A stretch of DNA of 63,434 bases, counting the filler, from Asterionella formosa (Eukaryota): assembly GCA_002256025.1 (NCBI GenBank). It is 25 parts of 25 records of this genome, joined end to end, with 100 filler letters (N's around TTAATTAATTAA, not from the genome) between each part and the next. Parts side by side here need not be neighbours in the genome. Positions count along the whole stretch, not along the records: positions 20,930 to 45,753 come from NKIB01002146.1; positions 45,854 to 47,362 come from NKIB01002147.1; 23 more parts are not named here. One strand, 5' to 3'. Below, in pieces: positions 35,384 to 47,362 of this stretch (position 1 is its first letter; each line of letters begins with the position of its first letter). The notes beneath the pieces were generated by a model that saw only the letters and a program-made list of their open reading frames with translations, made no database searches and had not been told where the DNA came from. Both the position numbers and the translations under genes were made by a program.

Positions 35384-36386
35384 TAAGAATGCTGAGAATA
35401 GTGGACCCCGTGTGCTTGCTCCAACAGGTTGAGCTCCACTGGATGAGAAATTCCCACTTCCATATGAGTCAGTGAAAAGGTCAGCTGGAGTAAAGACAGA
35501 CTGAATATCACCAATGTTTGGCTGTGATCTGCAATCGAAATGATCTTTTATGGAGAGATCACTTGCATATGCAGCCCAAACTTGAGTATCATTTATTGTC
35601 AGTGCACCTCTGACAGTCCAATGAACAGCAACTTCCAATTGATCCATGGGCACTACAATTATTGATATGGTGTCGCAAGTGCGTATAATTGATGGAACAG
35701 CATCATCAGAGAATGCAATGTTGTTTACGCCAATTATTGAAACATAGGGTTGGACGATGTCAGAACTTAGTAGTGACAGTCTAACACAGCATGAAATGTA
35801 CCCATTACCACTTGTATCGCTTTTCAATACATTTTCAGTATTTCCCGAAGTTCCCAAGCCAGGAGTCTTGTCATTACTAATCTCAACTAGTATATTAAAT
35901 GCTTGCAAGACAGAGTCATTGTAGACCTTTTTCTCAGAATAGTACCCACCATAGGTACTTGGGTTGCATTGAAGGATCCCAACTTGCTGCATATGCCCAA
36001 TCCTCCATGCCACCCCTTACATCATACACAACTTCATTGCTATTTCCAACCGCGAACACTAGACTGTTTCCAAAGCTACCCCCATATCTTGAGTACGCTT
36101 GGACAATCTCCGCTTGCGAATAGTCATCAGGCCTCAAGAATCCCAACCACAACGATGCGCCTCATTTATATGAAATGACTTCTTGGCCCCCATGAAAGGT
36201 GAAAGCTAGTTGAATGAGGTGTTCCCTAAAGATTTCATTGAGAATCCTTGCGCCTACAGGCAGATATTGGATTGACTTATTATATTGTATGTATACTGAG
36301 AAAAATTGCTTGCGCCATGCTGAAAAAATGACCCCATAAATGTTGTGTGGTTAGCTATTCATTTGGTTATAATTGATATCATTAGT

Positions 36387-37721
36387 TCAGGACCAGTTGG
36401 AAGGGAATTGATGGTTTCCATTCTTCATGCTTCCGCTCATTGAATTCATTCCCCCATTGTTTGTTTGCATTCCATAGTTCATTTGCATACCATTATTATT
36501 CATACCATTGTTGAATTGCTGATTCATGCCCAATCCACTACCAGAGTTCACCATCATCATCTGCTGTTGCTGTTGTTGCATCATGAACATCATTTGTTGC
36601 TGTTGTTGAGGATTCATAGATCCATTGTTCATTTGAATCATCAATTGTCTTTGCATCATGATCAAATTCTGTTGCTGCATTGGATTCATACCACCAGTAG
36701 GGTTCATGTTGTTTGGTTGCTGTTGCATACTGTTATTCGTCATCATCATGTTTCCACCACTACCAGCAACATTAGAATTCATGGGCAGGGTTGGTCCACT
36801 CCCCATCATCATCAAGTTGGAAATAGCACAGCTGTTGGTAGCGGAAGCACCCCCCATGATTGGTTTCTTTGTAGCAGTATTGCAAGTCATAGTGAATGCT
36901 GCAGGTGCAGGTGCAGGTGAAGAACTCACTTCAAGTCCACTAAAGTCGGCGACAAATGAATTGACAGAATTGGTCGCAGCACCAATGCCAGTAAAAGATC
37001 CCTTAGATGGATCCGACATGACAGCTGTTGGTGGCTGGATAAAGGCAAACCCAGATGACGTTGGTGCCGATGGAGGCTGTGCAGGCGGAGGCGTACATAC
37101 AGCAGTCGTCGGAACAGGAAAAAAGGAATCAAAGTTTGCGTGAAATACGTGATTCTGCGCAGGTGCAGTGGTTGTTTCTGCAGCTGGTGCAGAAAAGTCA
37201 AGAAGGTCCATGACAGGGGGAAGGGGAGCAGAAGCGGGTGCAGCAGCGACGGCCGGCGCCTGGATTACGACTCGTTGGGCAGCCGGAACAGGAGCCGATG
37301 CAAAAGCAGGCGCAGGCTTCTCTCCGGCCCCCTCGTCGTCTCCAAAATAATTTCTTCGCTCGTATACATCCACAACGAATGACTTGAAGACATTCAGGTC
37401 CGACCCCGGCTGAGGTCTCCCCCCTTGACCGATCGGAGGCGCGTGCTTCAACCAGGTCCTTCTCGCGACGTCATTGCCTCCCTGCTGCTCCAACTTGTCG
37501 ACTTCTTCATCGGTCCACGCTGACATGGTTGTGGACTTGCATCTATGACTAATGGCCTGATGCGACGACTTGCACTCATTGCACACGAAGGTTAGGTACT
37601 TGATGCAAATGGACGACCACCCAAACTTCTTTTCGTTCCCGCAGTTGGCACAAACGGTATTTCCTGGCACGCGAGCAAGTTTGCGGATCTTTTGTTCCGC
37701 TCTAGTGAGGTTGGATGCCAT
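36387..37721 (-). CDS. ArfGAP-domain protein (AGFG/AGD14-like) with low-complexity M/Q/N C-terminus
   Basis: GNTVCANC-x16-17-CNEC-x-x-x-H zinc finger, W-x-x-EEV, GGN-x-x-AR-x-x-W, DLLDF motif. Confidence 0.92.
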   Translation of the reverse strand: MASNLTRAEQKIRKLARVPGNTVCANCGNEKKFGWSSICIKYLTFVCNECKSSHQAISHRCKSTTMSAWTDEEVDKLEQQGGNDVARRTWLKHAPPIGQGGRPQPGSDLNVFKSFVVDVYERRNYFGDDEGAGEKPAPAFASAPVPAAQRVVIQAPAVAAAPASAPLPPVMDLLDFSAPAAETTTAPAQNHVFHANFDSFFPVPTTAVCTPPPAQPPSAPTSSGFAFIQPPTAVMSDPSKGSFTGIGAATNSVNSFVADFSGLEVSSSPAPAPAAFTMTCNTATKKPIMGGASATNSCAISNLMMMGSGPTLPMNSNVAGSGGNMMMTNNSMQQQPNNMNPTGGMNPMQQQNLIMMQRQLMIQMNNGSMNPQQQQQMMFMMQQQQQQMMMVNSGSGLGMNQQFNNGMNNNGMQMNYGMQTNNGGMNSMSGSMKNGNHQFPSNWS

Positions 37722-38707
37722 GATGCTTGCTGGCTGGTTCGGTTCGGTTCGAGACTTGTTACTTTAACTTGTCGGGGAGCGGAGTGACCAAGATGGTCAA
37801 CACAGTCACGACGATGAAATGTGAACAAGACAGACTGTAGTATTGCTTACCGGTATATGTATTACTCCGGAGTCCGTTTAATACTGGGTACCAGGTACCT
37901 GGTACTACTGAACTGGATTATGTACGGTATTGGAATTACCGGTAGCTGCCGCATTATTTATACCCAACGTCCATGCATCATTTTATTACAAATTACCTGG
38001 TACGTGGTATAGTACCACCAGGTTCTTTTCATTTTTGTCACGAATCAAGTCCACTAACTGCACGGAAACTGCAACTCACAGCCAGAAACGGTACCAGGTA
38101 CCACCTACCGGTACTGGAGTCATACTCACTGTTTTTCTGCGTGAGAGCTGCTTGGGCGTTTCTCTCTCCTGCTGCCGCCTTCTTGTTGTTTGGAAAAATC
38201 AATCCTCTTGTATCATGACATAATAAAAATAATACCAGTAGGATAGGTTAGCTACCGGTATTTCATTTCTTTCCTTCGAGCTCGTCATGCTATGAATATG
38301 CCGGTGGTGGTATGGTACCTGGTACTAGGAGTGAGTACCCTTGTATCTGGTACCAGGTACCAGGTAACAATCGACTCATGCATGCCTTTGAAACAGGAAA
38401 CCGGTTCCAGGTACCGGTTCTCGTACAGTAGGTACATGGTACCCTAGTAGACTACCAGTTTATAGATGCCTCCCAACCACGATCGAAAAAACTGTGTGCG
38501 GTATGTATACGACTTATAGAACAGCCAACAAGCAAAAATGGACGACGACACGAAAGAATTTTAGAAGTTTCGCTAACGCTCCTGAACATAAATTATCGAG
38601 GCCAATGCATGCTCCCACTTTTGCATCTACCGGTACTGCCTCCTATTGTTCTCTCTTTAGAATTTGCTTGATCCGATCCACTTTCCAATACAAGAAACAG
38701 CAGCAGA

Positions 38708-39978
38708 ATGAAGGCATTCTTCGATAAACTAAAGGGCGATGACAAAAACAACAACAAAAACAAAAACAACAACCCATTTGCCAACTTTGGCGGGCCGCGC
38801 ACGTTTGGAGGTCAAGGGCAATCATTGGGTGGTTCTCAACCAGGCAAGGTCCTTTCTGTTACTTTAGAATATCCTGGTACATTGGGAATGAAGGTACGGC
38901 ACGCGATGCGTGTAGACTATACATTTGTATCAATGTTGCGTTGCAGGCCCCTATCCGATTTTGAACCTTCCTTCACATTGACACCATCTTTATCCAAACC
39001 TCCTTTTAGATTGAAAAGAGACCCAATTCGGCAGGAAGTGCCATTGTTGCCATGGTTGTTCCTGGGGGACAAGCCGAACTAGCAGGCCTTTTACGTGGTG
39101 ACATTCTTTGCTGGCATGGCAAGGAAGAAGAGATCAGTTACGATGAATTTATTCAAATGGCCAGCTCGGACGTGCGCCCCTTGACATTTGATATTAGACG
39201 TATCAAGACAAATGCACAATCGTCAGCATCAGATCAAATTGATGTCTCAACAGCAGAGGCATATCAAAGGAAGCAAGCAGTCATTGCAGCTGCTGAAGCA
39301 AGGGACAAGGCGTCGAAGCAACGGAACAAACCTATCCCAAAGAAAAGCAAGGCGACAACGTCTGTACAGAAAATTAACGAGTTAACTGATATGCCCATGT
39401 CAGAAGAAGCCAAAAAGGCAGTTCAAGCTGCAAAGATGGGTGAAACGGAATTCGCAAAGCAGCTGGGCTACAATCCGTATGAAACAAACAAGGCTACGGC
39501 AGGTCAAGCACGGAACGCCACAGTAGCTGCCAAACATGGAAACATTCATTCTAAGAACAAGGATGCTGTGCCCGCAGAAGTAACCCCTCCAAAAGAGGTC
39601 ATCCAACCTGACCTGCCTCCTGTCTCTCCTTCATTTGAAGAGGCTTACATGGTTGTCGTCACGTCCAATCCATCCGATCGTGTTGTGACTAGTTTTTCAA
39701 TTATGCGTAAATTAATCGTCAATGCCACCACTAAGGGGCAAACCTTGGACGACGATACGTCTGCCAAATTCAGAAGGGTCCGATTAGCAAATGACAAGAT
39801 TAAAGCAGCTATTTCTGAGGTTCATGGGGCACTCGACCTCATGATGAGTGTGGGATTTCACTTAGCCGAGGAAGGTGGGGAGTCCTATCTTGTTTATCCT
39901 GCCGGAGAAGCTACGCCATTGTGGATGGAGACTGGTCTGACTCAAATGGAACAATATGAAATCAATTCGACAGCGTAG
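38708..39978 (+). CDS. PDZ + PUB domain protein, putative p97/Cdc48 cofactor; intron 38894-39009
   Basis: Spliced GTLGMK|IEKRP...VVPGGQAELAGLLRGDIL (PDZ); KLIVNA...KFRRVRLANDKI...GALDLMMSVGF (PUB); GTACGG...TAG intron keeps frame. Confidence 0.88.
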
Positions 39979-40058
39979 TAGTCACGGAACGAGTCAATTA
40001 AATTTGAAACTATGAATTTTATCATGTACACAGGATCAGGATTAACATTGGAAGGATA

Positions 40059-41843
40059 CTACCAGTCGTCCCCCCAATCTTCTTCGCCTTCCTGAACGAC
40101 TGCAGACGACGCTGAGACATTCACAGTAGGAGTAGCTGATAATTCTTGTTCTGGAGCAGCGACGATGGTAGGTACGGGAATGTTGTCGTCGTCGCTCTCC
40201 GGAATGGGAATCTGCACACCAGACGAACACGTGTCAAACGATTTTTCTTCGACACTTTTTGCATTTATGGCAGTTCTGATCGATACAAGTTGCGCCGTCA
40301 AATCAACCACCTTTTCATCCGACGCGTCCGCCTTGGATTGCATTTTCTGGAGCTGCAAGTTGAGAGACTCAATTTCTTTGCAGTGGTCTACCGACGCATC
40401 TTCGGCAGCCACTTTGATCTTGGCGGTTTCTTCTTTGAGGAGCTTGTCAAAAGAAGCCTTTTGCGCTTCCATGGCAGCCTTGGCTTCCGCAAGTGCGACT
40501 TTCAACTCATTGCATGACTCTTCCACCAAGGTTACTTGACGCTGCGCATCTCGCAATTGAAGCTTGAGCGATTCGCATTCCTCCTTGGCCCCCTTAGCGT
40601 CTTGCAAGGCAGCTGACAACCGACCATCTTCTTCCGGAGATACCAAGGCTGCCATTTTGGCATCCGCATCTTCAACTTGTGTCGCCATTTGGAACTCAAA
40701 TTGTTCCTTCGCCTTGGCCATGTCGGCAGCCTGTTGATCCATGGATTTCTTCAGCTCGTCGATAGTCGCCTCAAGGTTCTTAATGTTGGCATGATCAAGC
40801 TTGGCTTGCTTGTCATCCATGTGCTTGTCTTCTCCGCTAGCTTTAAAAGCAGCCAGCTCTGCATCCTTTTCAAATAGTTTCATTGTCAATTCCTCTACTT
40901 GCTTGAGAATCGCGGGTGATTCTTTGCCATTTTTTAAGGCAGCCAATTCCTTGGCTTGCAATGCGACCGTTTGATGAAGGGCATCTCTTTCAGCCAATGC
41001 CTCTGTTAGCTTGTCGTCTGCTACGCCCCCGGTAAATTCAATTTCTTCCTCTGGTTCTTTCTGTTCTTCAGGTTCCCCTTCGTCGTGTCCTTTTTCTTCG
41101 TCCTCGAACGATTCATCGTCGTCACCCCAACCTAGCTCCTCTTCTACTTCCTCCTCCTGCTCGTCATCATCATCGTCCTCATCAACTGCCGTGTTCAAAA
41201 CAAACGGTGGTCTACCTCCAAACAAGCTGGCACCAGCATTGAACGCAAATGGACTAGCTGGCACAGGTTCTTGAGCAGACTTGTCGACTCTCTCTACTGC
41301 CTTACTGACAGCCGCCACAGCCCCACCGAACAGGGATGTGACAGTGGCAATGCCGCTACTAATTGCAGCTTCTCTGGCAAGTTTCTTCTCTTGGTACTCC
41401 TGGTCCCATTCCAACTGAATTCGTCCTTCGTCGCAGCGATAAAAGTACCGCATCCAAAAGTCCTTATAAGCGACTTGCTCGGGACATACCATTTCAAAAC
41501 ACTCCTTCACTGAAGCAGAGGTCCCCAGCAAGGTCGCAATCTGGTCTGTTTCAGACTCTAGATCAAACGTTTCCACAAACGCCACCACGTCCGGTCGGCT
41601 CTCGTCCAACGGTTCCGTGTATGTTGCTGTCAGGGTTCGTCTCCTGGCCACTTCGTCAGACACCGAAACCACCATACCAGTGGCTTCAAATCCGGATTCC
41701 AAGGAAAGTCCATCTTCTCCCGTGACGTCGCCCCCAAGTTCCAAGTTTTCCACGGATTGGGTAAGTTTCGTAGTCACAACGGCGGTTTCCTCTTCAACGC
41801 CTGACACAAACTCTTTAAAGTCACTGGTGAGTGCAGCCCACAT
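40059..41843 (-). CDS. BSD-domain protein with acidic linker and long coiled coil
   Basis: CPEQVAYKDFWMRYFY (BSD FW-x-RYF motif), ELGWGDDDE, C-terminal EEDWGDDW; 594-aa intact ORF. Confidence 0.88.
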   Translation of the reverse strand: MWAALTSDFKEFVSGVEEETAVVTTKLTQSVENLELGGDVTGEDGLSLESGFEATGMVVSVSDEVARRRTLTATYTEPLDESRPDVVAFVETFDLESETDQIATLLGTSASVKECFEMVCPEQVAYKDFWMRYFYRCDEGRIQLEWDQEYQEKKLAREAAISSGIATVTSLFGGAVAAVSKAVERVDKSAQEPVPASPFAFNAGASLFGGRPPFVLNTAVDEDDDDDEQEEEVEEELGWGDDDESFEDEEKGHDEGEPEEQKEPEEEIEFTGGVADDKLTEALAERDALHQTVALQAKELAALKNGKESPAILKQVEELTMKLFEKDAELAAFKASGEDKHMDDKQAKLDHANIKNLEATIDELKKSMDQQAADMAKAKEQFEFQMATQVEDADAKMAALVSPEEDGRLSAALQDAKGAKEECESLKLQLRDAQRQVTLVEESCNELKVALAEAKAAMEAQKASFDKLLKEETAKIKVAAEDASVDHCKEIESLNLQLQKMQSKADASDEKVVDLTAQLVSIRTAINAKSVEEKSFDTCSSGVQIPIPESDDDNIPVPTIVAAPEQELSATPTVNVSASSAVVQEGEEDWGDDW

Positions 41844-42629
41844 GATGAATGGAGGGGATGTGGGATGGACTCTATATAAAATGTAGGGAAATGAATGTTA
41901 CTGCCGGTAGTTGATTGGACACCGTGAATGATTTTGTGGCAATAGCGATGGTGCGACGATAACAAAAACCCGTTATATTTTTTCTAAAGAACACAGAAAA
42001 GTTAGAAAAACTTTACGTACAAAAAATAAATAAATATCCAGATATAACCCGTATTCATTGCATGCGTGTATGTAGGGATATAGCGGGGGACCAAGACTTT
42101 CAACTTGCACGACGAACTCCCTCCCCTTCACGAATCAATCAAAATTCTTCAAAACGACACACAAGAAAGCCGCCTTCCCTATCATTGTTGCATGTTGTCT
42201 CCTTTCAAAGAGATGCACTCACCAAGCACGTAAATGATGAAATAATGTAGAATCGAAAAACAAAGAAACGTAATGTAGTATTGAACGAGAAGCAATGATT
42301 CTTGCGAAGATTGAACAATGGTATGTATGTACTGACTACCTGTACATTCCTACAATGTTTTTAGTAAGAATTTAATTTTATCATTGACTGTCTACATATA
42401 CCAGGTACTGGTACCAGGTACCAAGGGAACAGGGGTACTATCTGCTGCTGTATTTCTTAGTCTACTGGTAGTCGTCTACCGGTGGTCTATGTAGACACGG
42501 TATGTGTAGTGGTACATGTAGAAAATATACATCATTTTGAAAGAACAATTCCGTTTTCCTGTGGCTATTTCTACGTTAACTAATACTGGATGAATAGGAT
42601 TTACGTACCAGGCAGGTACCGTTACAAAT

Positions 42630-42915
42630 TTCGACACAATTACTCTCTCGTCCGTTTCGTCTTTCTCCATATGGAGTCTGTGTAGTAGCTTCGTTGGGAC
42701 CCCGCTGGAATACCGGTATATAAAATCGATCCAGAGAAAAATAGAATAGCGACCCAGAAATTCTGAGTAGAAGTGGAATAAATGGTTTTTGAATTCGGTG
42801 CTTCGCTATATTAATATCTCAGCTTCGACTCCTTCGATTCGCGTAGCGTGGTTTGTATACCGGTAGTCCAGTGCTTGCTTGGTATATCTCCATCGTGTCT
42901 GTCCTTGTCCATAAT
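42630..42915 (-). mobile_element. Solo A-B remnant of the Ngaro-like element
   Basis: 42630-42802 matches 427-597; 42803-42915 matches 905-1014. Internal deletion, no coding sequence. Confidence 0.8.
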
Positions 42916-45543
42916 AGACACTGTCGGAGGATGTGCGTAATAAAGGACCGTCTACTGGTACATACGTTGTACCAGGTATCCACCATTACACACAAACGAA
43001 AGTCCCAGTTCCTATATTCTTGCTATTTTTGGAATGATTTCTACTGGTCTTTGGCGAGATTGGCAGGTGGCCAGCAAGGAACAAATAACATTGTGGTTGC
43101 CAGAAGCATCTCTGTCCTAGAACTGGAATTGAATTGAGTTCTTTGTAGGACATTACACTTCTGGATGTTCATGGGGGACAATGAATGGTTGGATATTCTT
43201 CAACAAGCGGCAGATCAAATGATAATGGGTAAAGCCTCACAAAATCTCCGGAATGGATAGTATTGCGTAGATGGTTTGACTTTTTCTCCTTAATCAGCCC
43301 ATCTGCCTCTAATTTACTTGCACCTGTAGCAGTTAGAACTCTTTCCATTTTAGCTGTAATAGTCAAAACATGGTAGAGGTGATGGATTGGATGCCATTAA
43401 ATTGTAAACAACGATGATGATTCTAGTCGAGCTATGCAAGGGCATTCTCGACGTGTCTACTATCAATAAAACAAAATGTAATTTTGCTACTATAGAAAAC
43501 AATGGACAAGCTAAATTAATTTCCATCCTTTGAGGCTTCTTCTACACGTTCCAAGTAGGAACATACGAGAGCAAATCTTTCTGTGAAACCAACTCTGGTG
43601 GGTATTGCTCGAATTCAAGGTATTCCTTCTTTTGGCATGGAAATATCACCCAATACAAGGTTTTCTCTCTTTTGGGCTTTTAAAATTTCCCAATACAACG
43701 TCATAAGTTTCAATACAAGTTGACAATTTTTGGCAATTCAAGGTCGCCTCTGTTTTGGGTTTTGTCAGCAGTAAAACATCATGTACCAATGCAAGGTCAT
43801 AATTTCCAATACAAAGTGACGATATTTTGCAATTAAAGGTCGAACCTTTATTGGTATATAGTCCTGGGAAAGGATAATACGAGATCATATTAATGCGCAT
43901 TGATTATATAACCCCGTCACTTTTTGAAGTATATGATCATCCAGTAATGTGTACTTTCAAAATTTTCTAAACATTTTGGCAATGTGTCTTGCTGGCATAT
44001 CGTGCTACTCAAATTTTTCTGCACTGAGAGTGTAAAGCATACAAATATATATATATGCATACATACTGAGACACATCACTGAGCCAATGGTACTATTTAT
44101 TGAGGTCACAAAAATAATGCCTCCAAGCTGTTTTATATCCTTTACAATGATGTGCGTCAAACATTTTCTCACTGCTTTACTCATCATCTCTAGCTGAGCA
44201 GGGAATGGGCACATGCCTAAATAAAGCGCGCCCCATGGTTGAGGAATTGAAATTCACTCATGACATGCATAGCATGTAGCTCCTTCTACTTTGAATTGTC
44301 TGTGCGTTATTTCTCACCTTTCATCGTGATTTTGTTCACTTCAGGAGTTCTTCAGAAACACCATCATTATCTCAGTACTTCTTTCGATGTAATTGAAGGA
44401 TCGGTGAATTGTTGCATGATTGGAAACGAAAAAGCCAGCTCGGCAAATAATATACATATTCCGAATTTGTGAAGGTTTCGTTGTTTTATTTTGCTTGCAT
44501 GCTATTTCTCAAGCTTGCTCTTGTTTCTGTCATTGCAGTGCTTAACTGTAAGCATTTCTTTCTCAGCAACTCCAATTCGCTTTGACTGATGAAGGATTGG
44601 TGAATTGCCATGAAGGCAAAGCTGGCTGGTGTCTTTGCTCAAGAACTTATAGATGATTCAAACATTTATGGTGTATTTTTTGCTTTTTAAATGAGCAACA
44701 AATAAATTTGCAATTGTTAAGATTATAGTATTTTAGCAATTAGTTTGCTATAAACTGAAAAAGGATCATGCGAAGAATACTGTAATGAGTTTTGCAAATA
44801 AGTTCTTGTTCTTGCATCCAATTTCAGGGCTACCTTGTATTGGATCCAAGTAAATATACCCCTTGTATGGGCGTGTCTAATACAAGGAATGCCTTAAATT
44901 GGAACTGATGTTCTGATTGGTTTACCAATGCAAGGTGGATGTGACAATACTAAAACCCAGTACAAGCAAGGTACTATTCATTTTGGAGTAACTTTTCACA
45001 CCTTGTATTTTAAAAAATCGGGTCATTATGGAACATAGCTTGTTTTGGAAAAGTGTCTATTTCCTGCTTGTATTGGAGACAGCACAGATTCACAACCCTA
45101 ACAACAAAGCTAGCCAATACAACAAGGTCACCTTTGTTGTTCTGGTAAACTACTTTTTCACCTTGTATCAGATGTATTTTTGTTTCGTGTTCAGTGATGG
45201 AATAAAAACATAACAGCCAGTAAGCTAATGACAAACCTCATATCAGATATATGATATTAATTAAACAGAAAACTAATAATAAGGGGTCAACAGGAAACCT
45301 ACATGTCATCATCATGAAACCAACAATTGCTGATAATATATTTACATACGTTCCAGTATGTATGATGTAGGTACTCTCTGGGGATTATGAGGATGCAGTG
45401 GTCGGTGATGCGGCATGCCGCGGGCTTTAAAAAAAATGGGCGCGCACTCCACCAGCGAAATCAGGCGGGGACAAAAAAAAGACTAAGGCAGTCTACTTCG
45501 TTCGTAACAAAACCATCAGCCAGACCCAATGCACCAAAAGACA

Positions 45544-45753
45544 ATGACGAAGGTATCGTCGCTACTGTTGCTGTTGTCATGTACTACCACAATACTCTTG
45601 TGCCAAGGTCTTGTACAAAAGTCGTTTCCATCAGCAGGTAACAGAAGAACTTTCAGAGCGGGTTCAGGTGCTAGTAGAATCGAGAATTCCATCAACCTCA
45701 TCTCGTGCTGGACGAAGGAGATTTCTATGGATGACGACGTTGAAGATGTCTTG
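45544..45753 (+). CDS. N-terminus of a signal-peptide-bearing protein (partial)
   Basis: MTKVSSLLLLLSCTTTILLCQG followed by an S/R-rich segment; open to contig end. Confidence 0.5.
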
Positions 45754-46357
45754 NNNNNNNNNNNNNNNNNNNNNNNNNNNNNNNNNNNNNNNNNNNNTTA
45801 ATTAATTAANNNNNNNNNNNNNNNNNNNNNNNNNNNNNNNNNNNNNNNNNNNNTGCTTCGTCAGCAAAAGGCAAGGTGGCATCAATACTCTTCTTTTTTG
45901 CAGTTAGAGAAGGTTTTACTGCACTTACGTGATCACATTGGCTGCCTTTCTTGATATCCTTTTTATCGTCGTTCATAATGTTGATTGAATATTGTGTTTA
46001 ACGAACAGGATAACCACAACAGTAAGAAAAGATTATGTGAAGAATATAATATAAATAATTAATCAAACCAGCAAAATATCGGAAGCAATATTGCTCAAGG
46101 GAGGTTCGGGAAATGAAGATTGTTGGTTTGAGCTTTTTTGCCGTAAGGTTATTACCATGGGTATAATAAGAAGGCTATGTTTCGCTTTATCCCGGAGGCA
46201 GAAATCTTGAAATCCTTCTTTCAAGGCTTGTTTCTGCAGGGACAGTATATGTAAATTGCACAGTTCTCGGTACCTGGTACCTGGTGAAGGTCCTTTTACC
46301 TGCTAGGAGCACCAGGTTACCCTGGTGTCACCCTGGAACCTGGTACCAGGTACCTGG

Positions 46358-46552
46358 TGAGCAATCCTGCACATCGATACAGATATATATAGAGTTAGGG
46401 TTATATCAAATACATCGGAATTCAATAATGAGAGAACCCGACTAACATCCATTCTATACTTTGATGACAGTTCAGGAAATGAGTTGTACATAAGGATTAA
46501 TTTATAAGCTCATATATTCAATAAATACTACTACTTCTAGTTAGATACTTCA
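46358..46552 (+). mobile_element. Probable 5' LTR of a Ty3/Gypsy element
   Basis: TGA...TCA boundaries, TATATATA and AATAAA inside, 40 nt before gag. Edges inferred from a single copy. Confidence 0.55.
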
Positions 46553-46592
46553 CTTTGAATTCAAAGAGTGGTCGAATTAGAAGACAACAAAC

Positions 46593-47362
46593 ATGGCAAT
46601 GTATTCAAGGGTTCCTGTGATTCCTTTGATCAAAGACTACAATGTATTGACCATCAAGACTAAAACGTTCAGAGTTGCTTTAACCGGTGGAAGGTTTGAA
46701 TCGTTTGATCAAGATATGATCGATGGAAGCTCAGTGGAAGCATTGTTAATTGGAGTGAGTCAATTTCGTGACATGGCTAACACATGTGACTTTAGCCCTG
46801 CAGATACCTTTTCCTACTTTAAGAGGTGTTTGACAGACATTGCCTTATCGGATTGGTTGAATGTGGAAGTACACCCAGAAGATCAATCTTACGATAGTTT
46901 CGAAGAAGCGATGGTTTTATGGTTAGACGATCGTTTACCAAATGAGAGTTTTCAACATCAACGACAATGGATGCTACGTTATTTATCTAAACCCTTTTCT
47001 ATGTTGGTAATGGATTTCGGAGCTCGTATTAAAACTTTAAACAGGCTACTTCAACTATTGCCTCATCCAGAAGATCAAGTTGGATTGTCAAAAGAAGATA
47101 TACGGATTATCATTATCCGTTCTATGCCCGATGAGTGGCAAAAAGAGTTTGAATTAAATCATGCAAAGACTTCAGACCAATCGATTCGCTCGGTTCTCGC
47201 TTACTTCAAGAGTCAACAATCGTTTAAGGATCGAGACAAGCATCTTCCCAAGAACAGTTTTCAAACAATCACACAGAACCGTCTTCGCATTGCTGAAGGC
47301 AATCGTGTGATGCGTCAAGAAAACGAGCGTGTCAGTCGTCAATTCTACAAGGATAATTTTAC
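46593..47362 (+). CDS. gag: Gypsy-type Gag (partial)
   Basis: F-x-x-CL-x-x-x-A-x-x-x-W, KP-x-x-M-x-V-x-x-F-x-x-RI-x-x-LN-x-x-L-x-x-LP, SMPDEWQ resemble diatom Gypsy Gag. Confidence 0.7.

Larger units (their letters stand above)
31982..36257 (-). pseudogene. M14 zinc carboxypeptidase pseudogene split by a 2.87-kb transposon (coding parts ~36257-35384 and 32514-31982)
   Basis: LNEIFREHLIQLAFTFHGG, VY-x-VRGGMEDWAY, LVEIS; in-frame stop near 36167 and frameshift near 35975. Removing 32515-35385 restores ...GPLFSAFL|DVSSLSLGDELIVIA. Confidence 0.8.

Noticed and set aside
36465..41886. Many overlapping antisense ORFs (His/Leu- or Ser-rich) over the ArfGAP, PUB and BSD genes
   Set aside because: Shadows of low-complexity sense coding sequence.
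43000..45240. Eroded coding-like minus-strand region; similar stretches at 8054-8990, 29400-30740 and 57600-58616
   Set aside because: Fragmented frames with no family I can recognise; needs a translated search.
20930..45753. One 24.8-kb contig among ~1.5-kb contigs as a genomic island
   Set aside because: Bounded by the same linkers; reflects concatenation order, and gene content is ordinary host plus TEs.
46569..46582. TGGTCGAATTAG as a canonical PBS
   Set aside because: Not directly preceded by a CA LTR end and I cannot match it to a tRNA 3' end; kept only as the alternative that would refute the palindrome finding.
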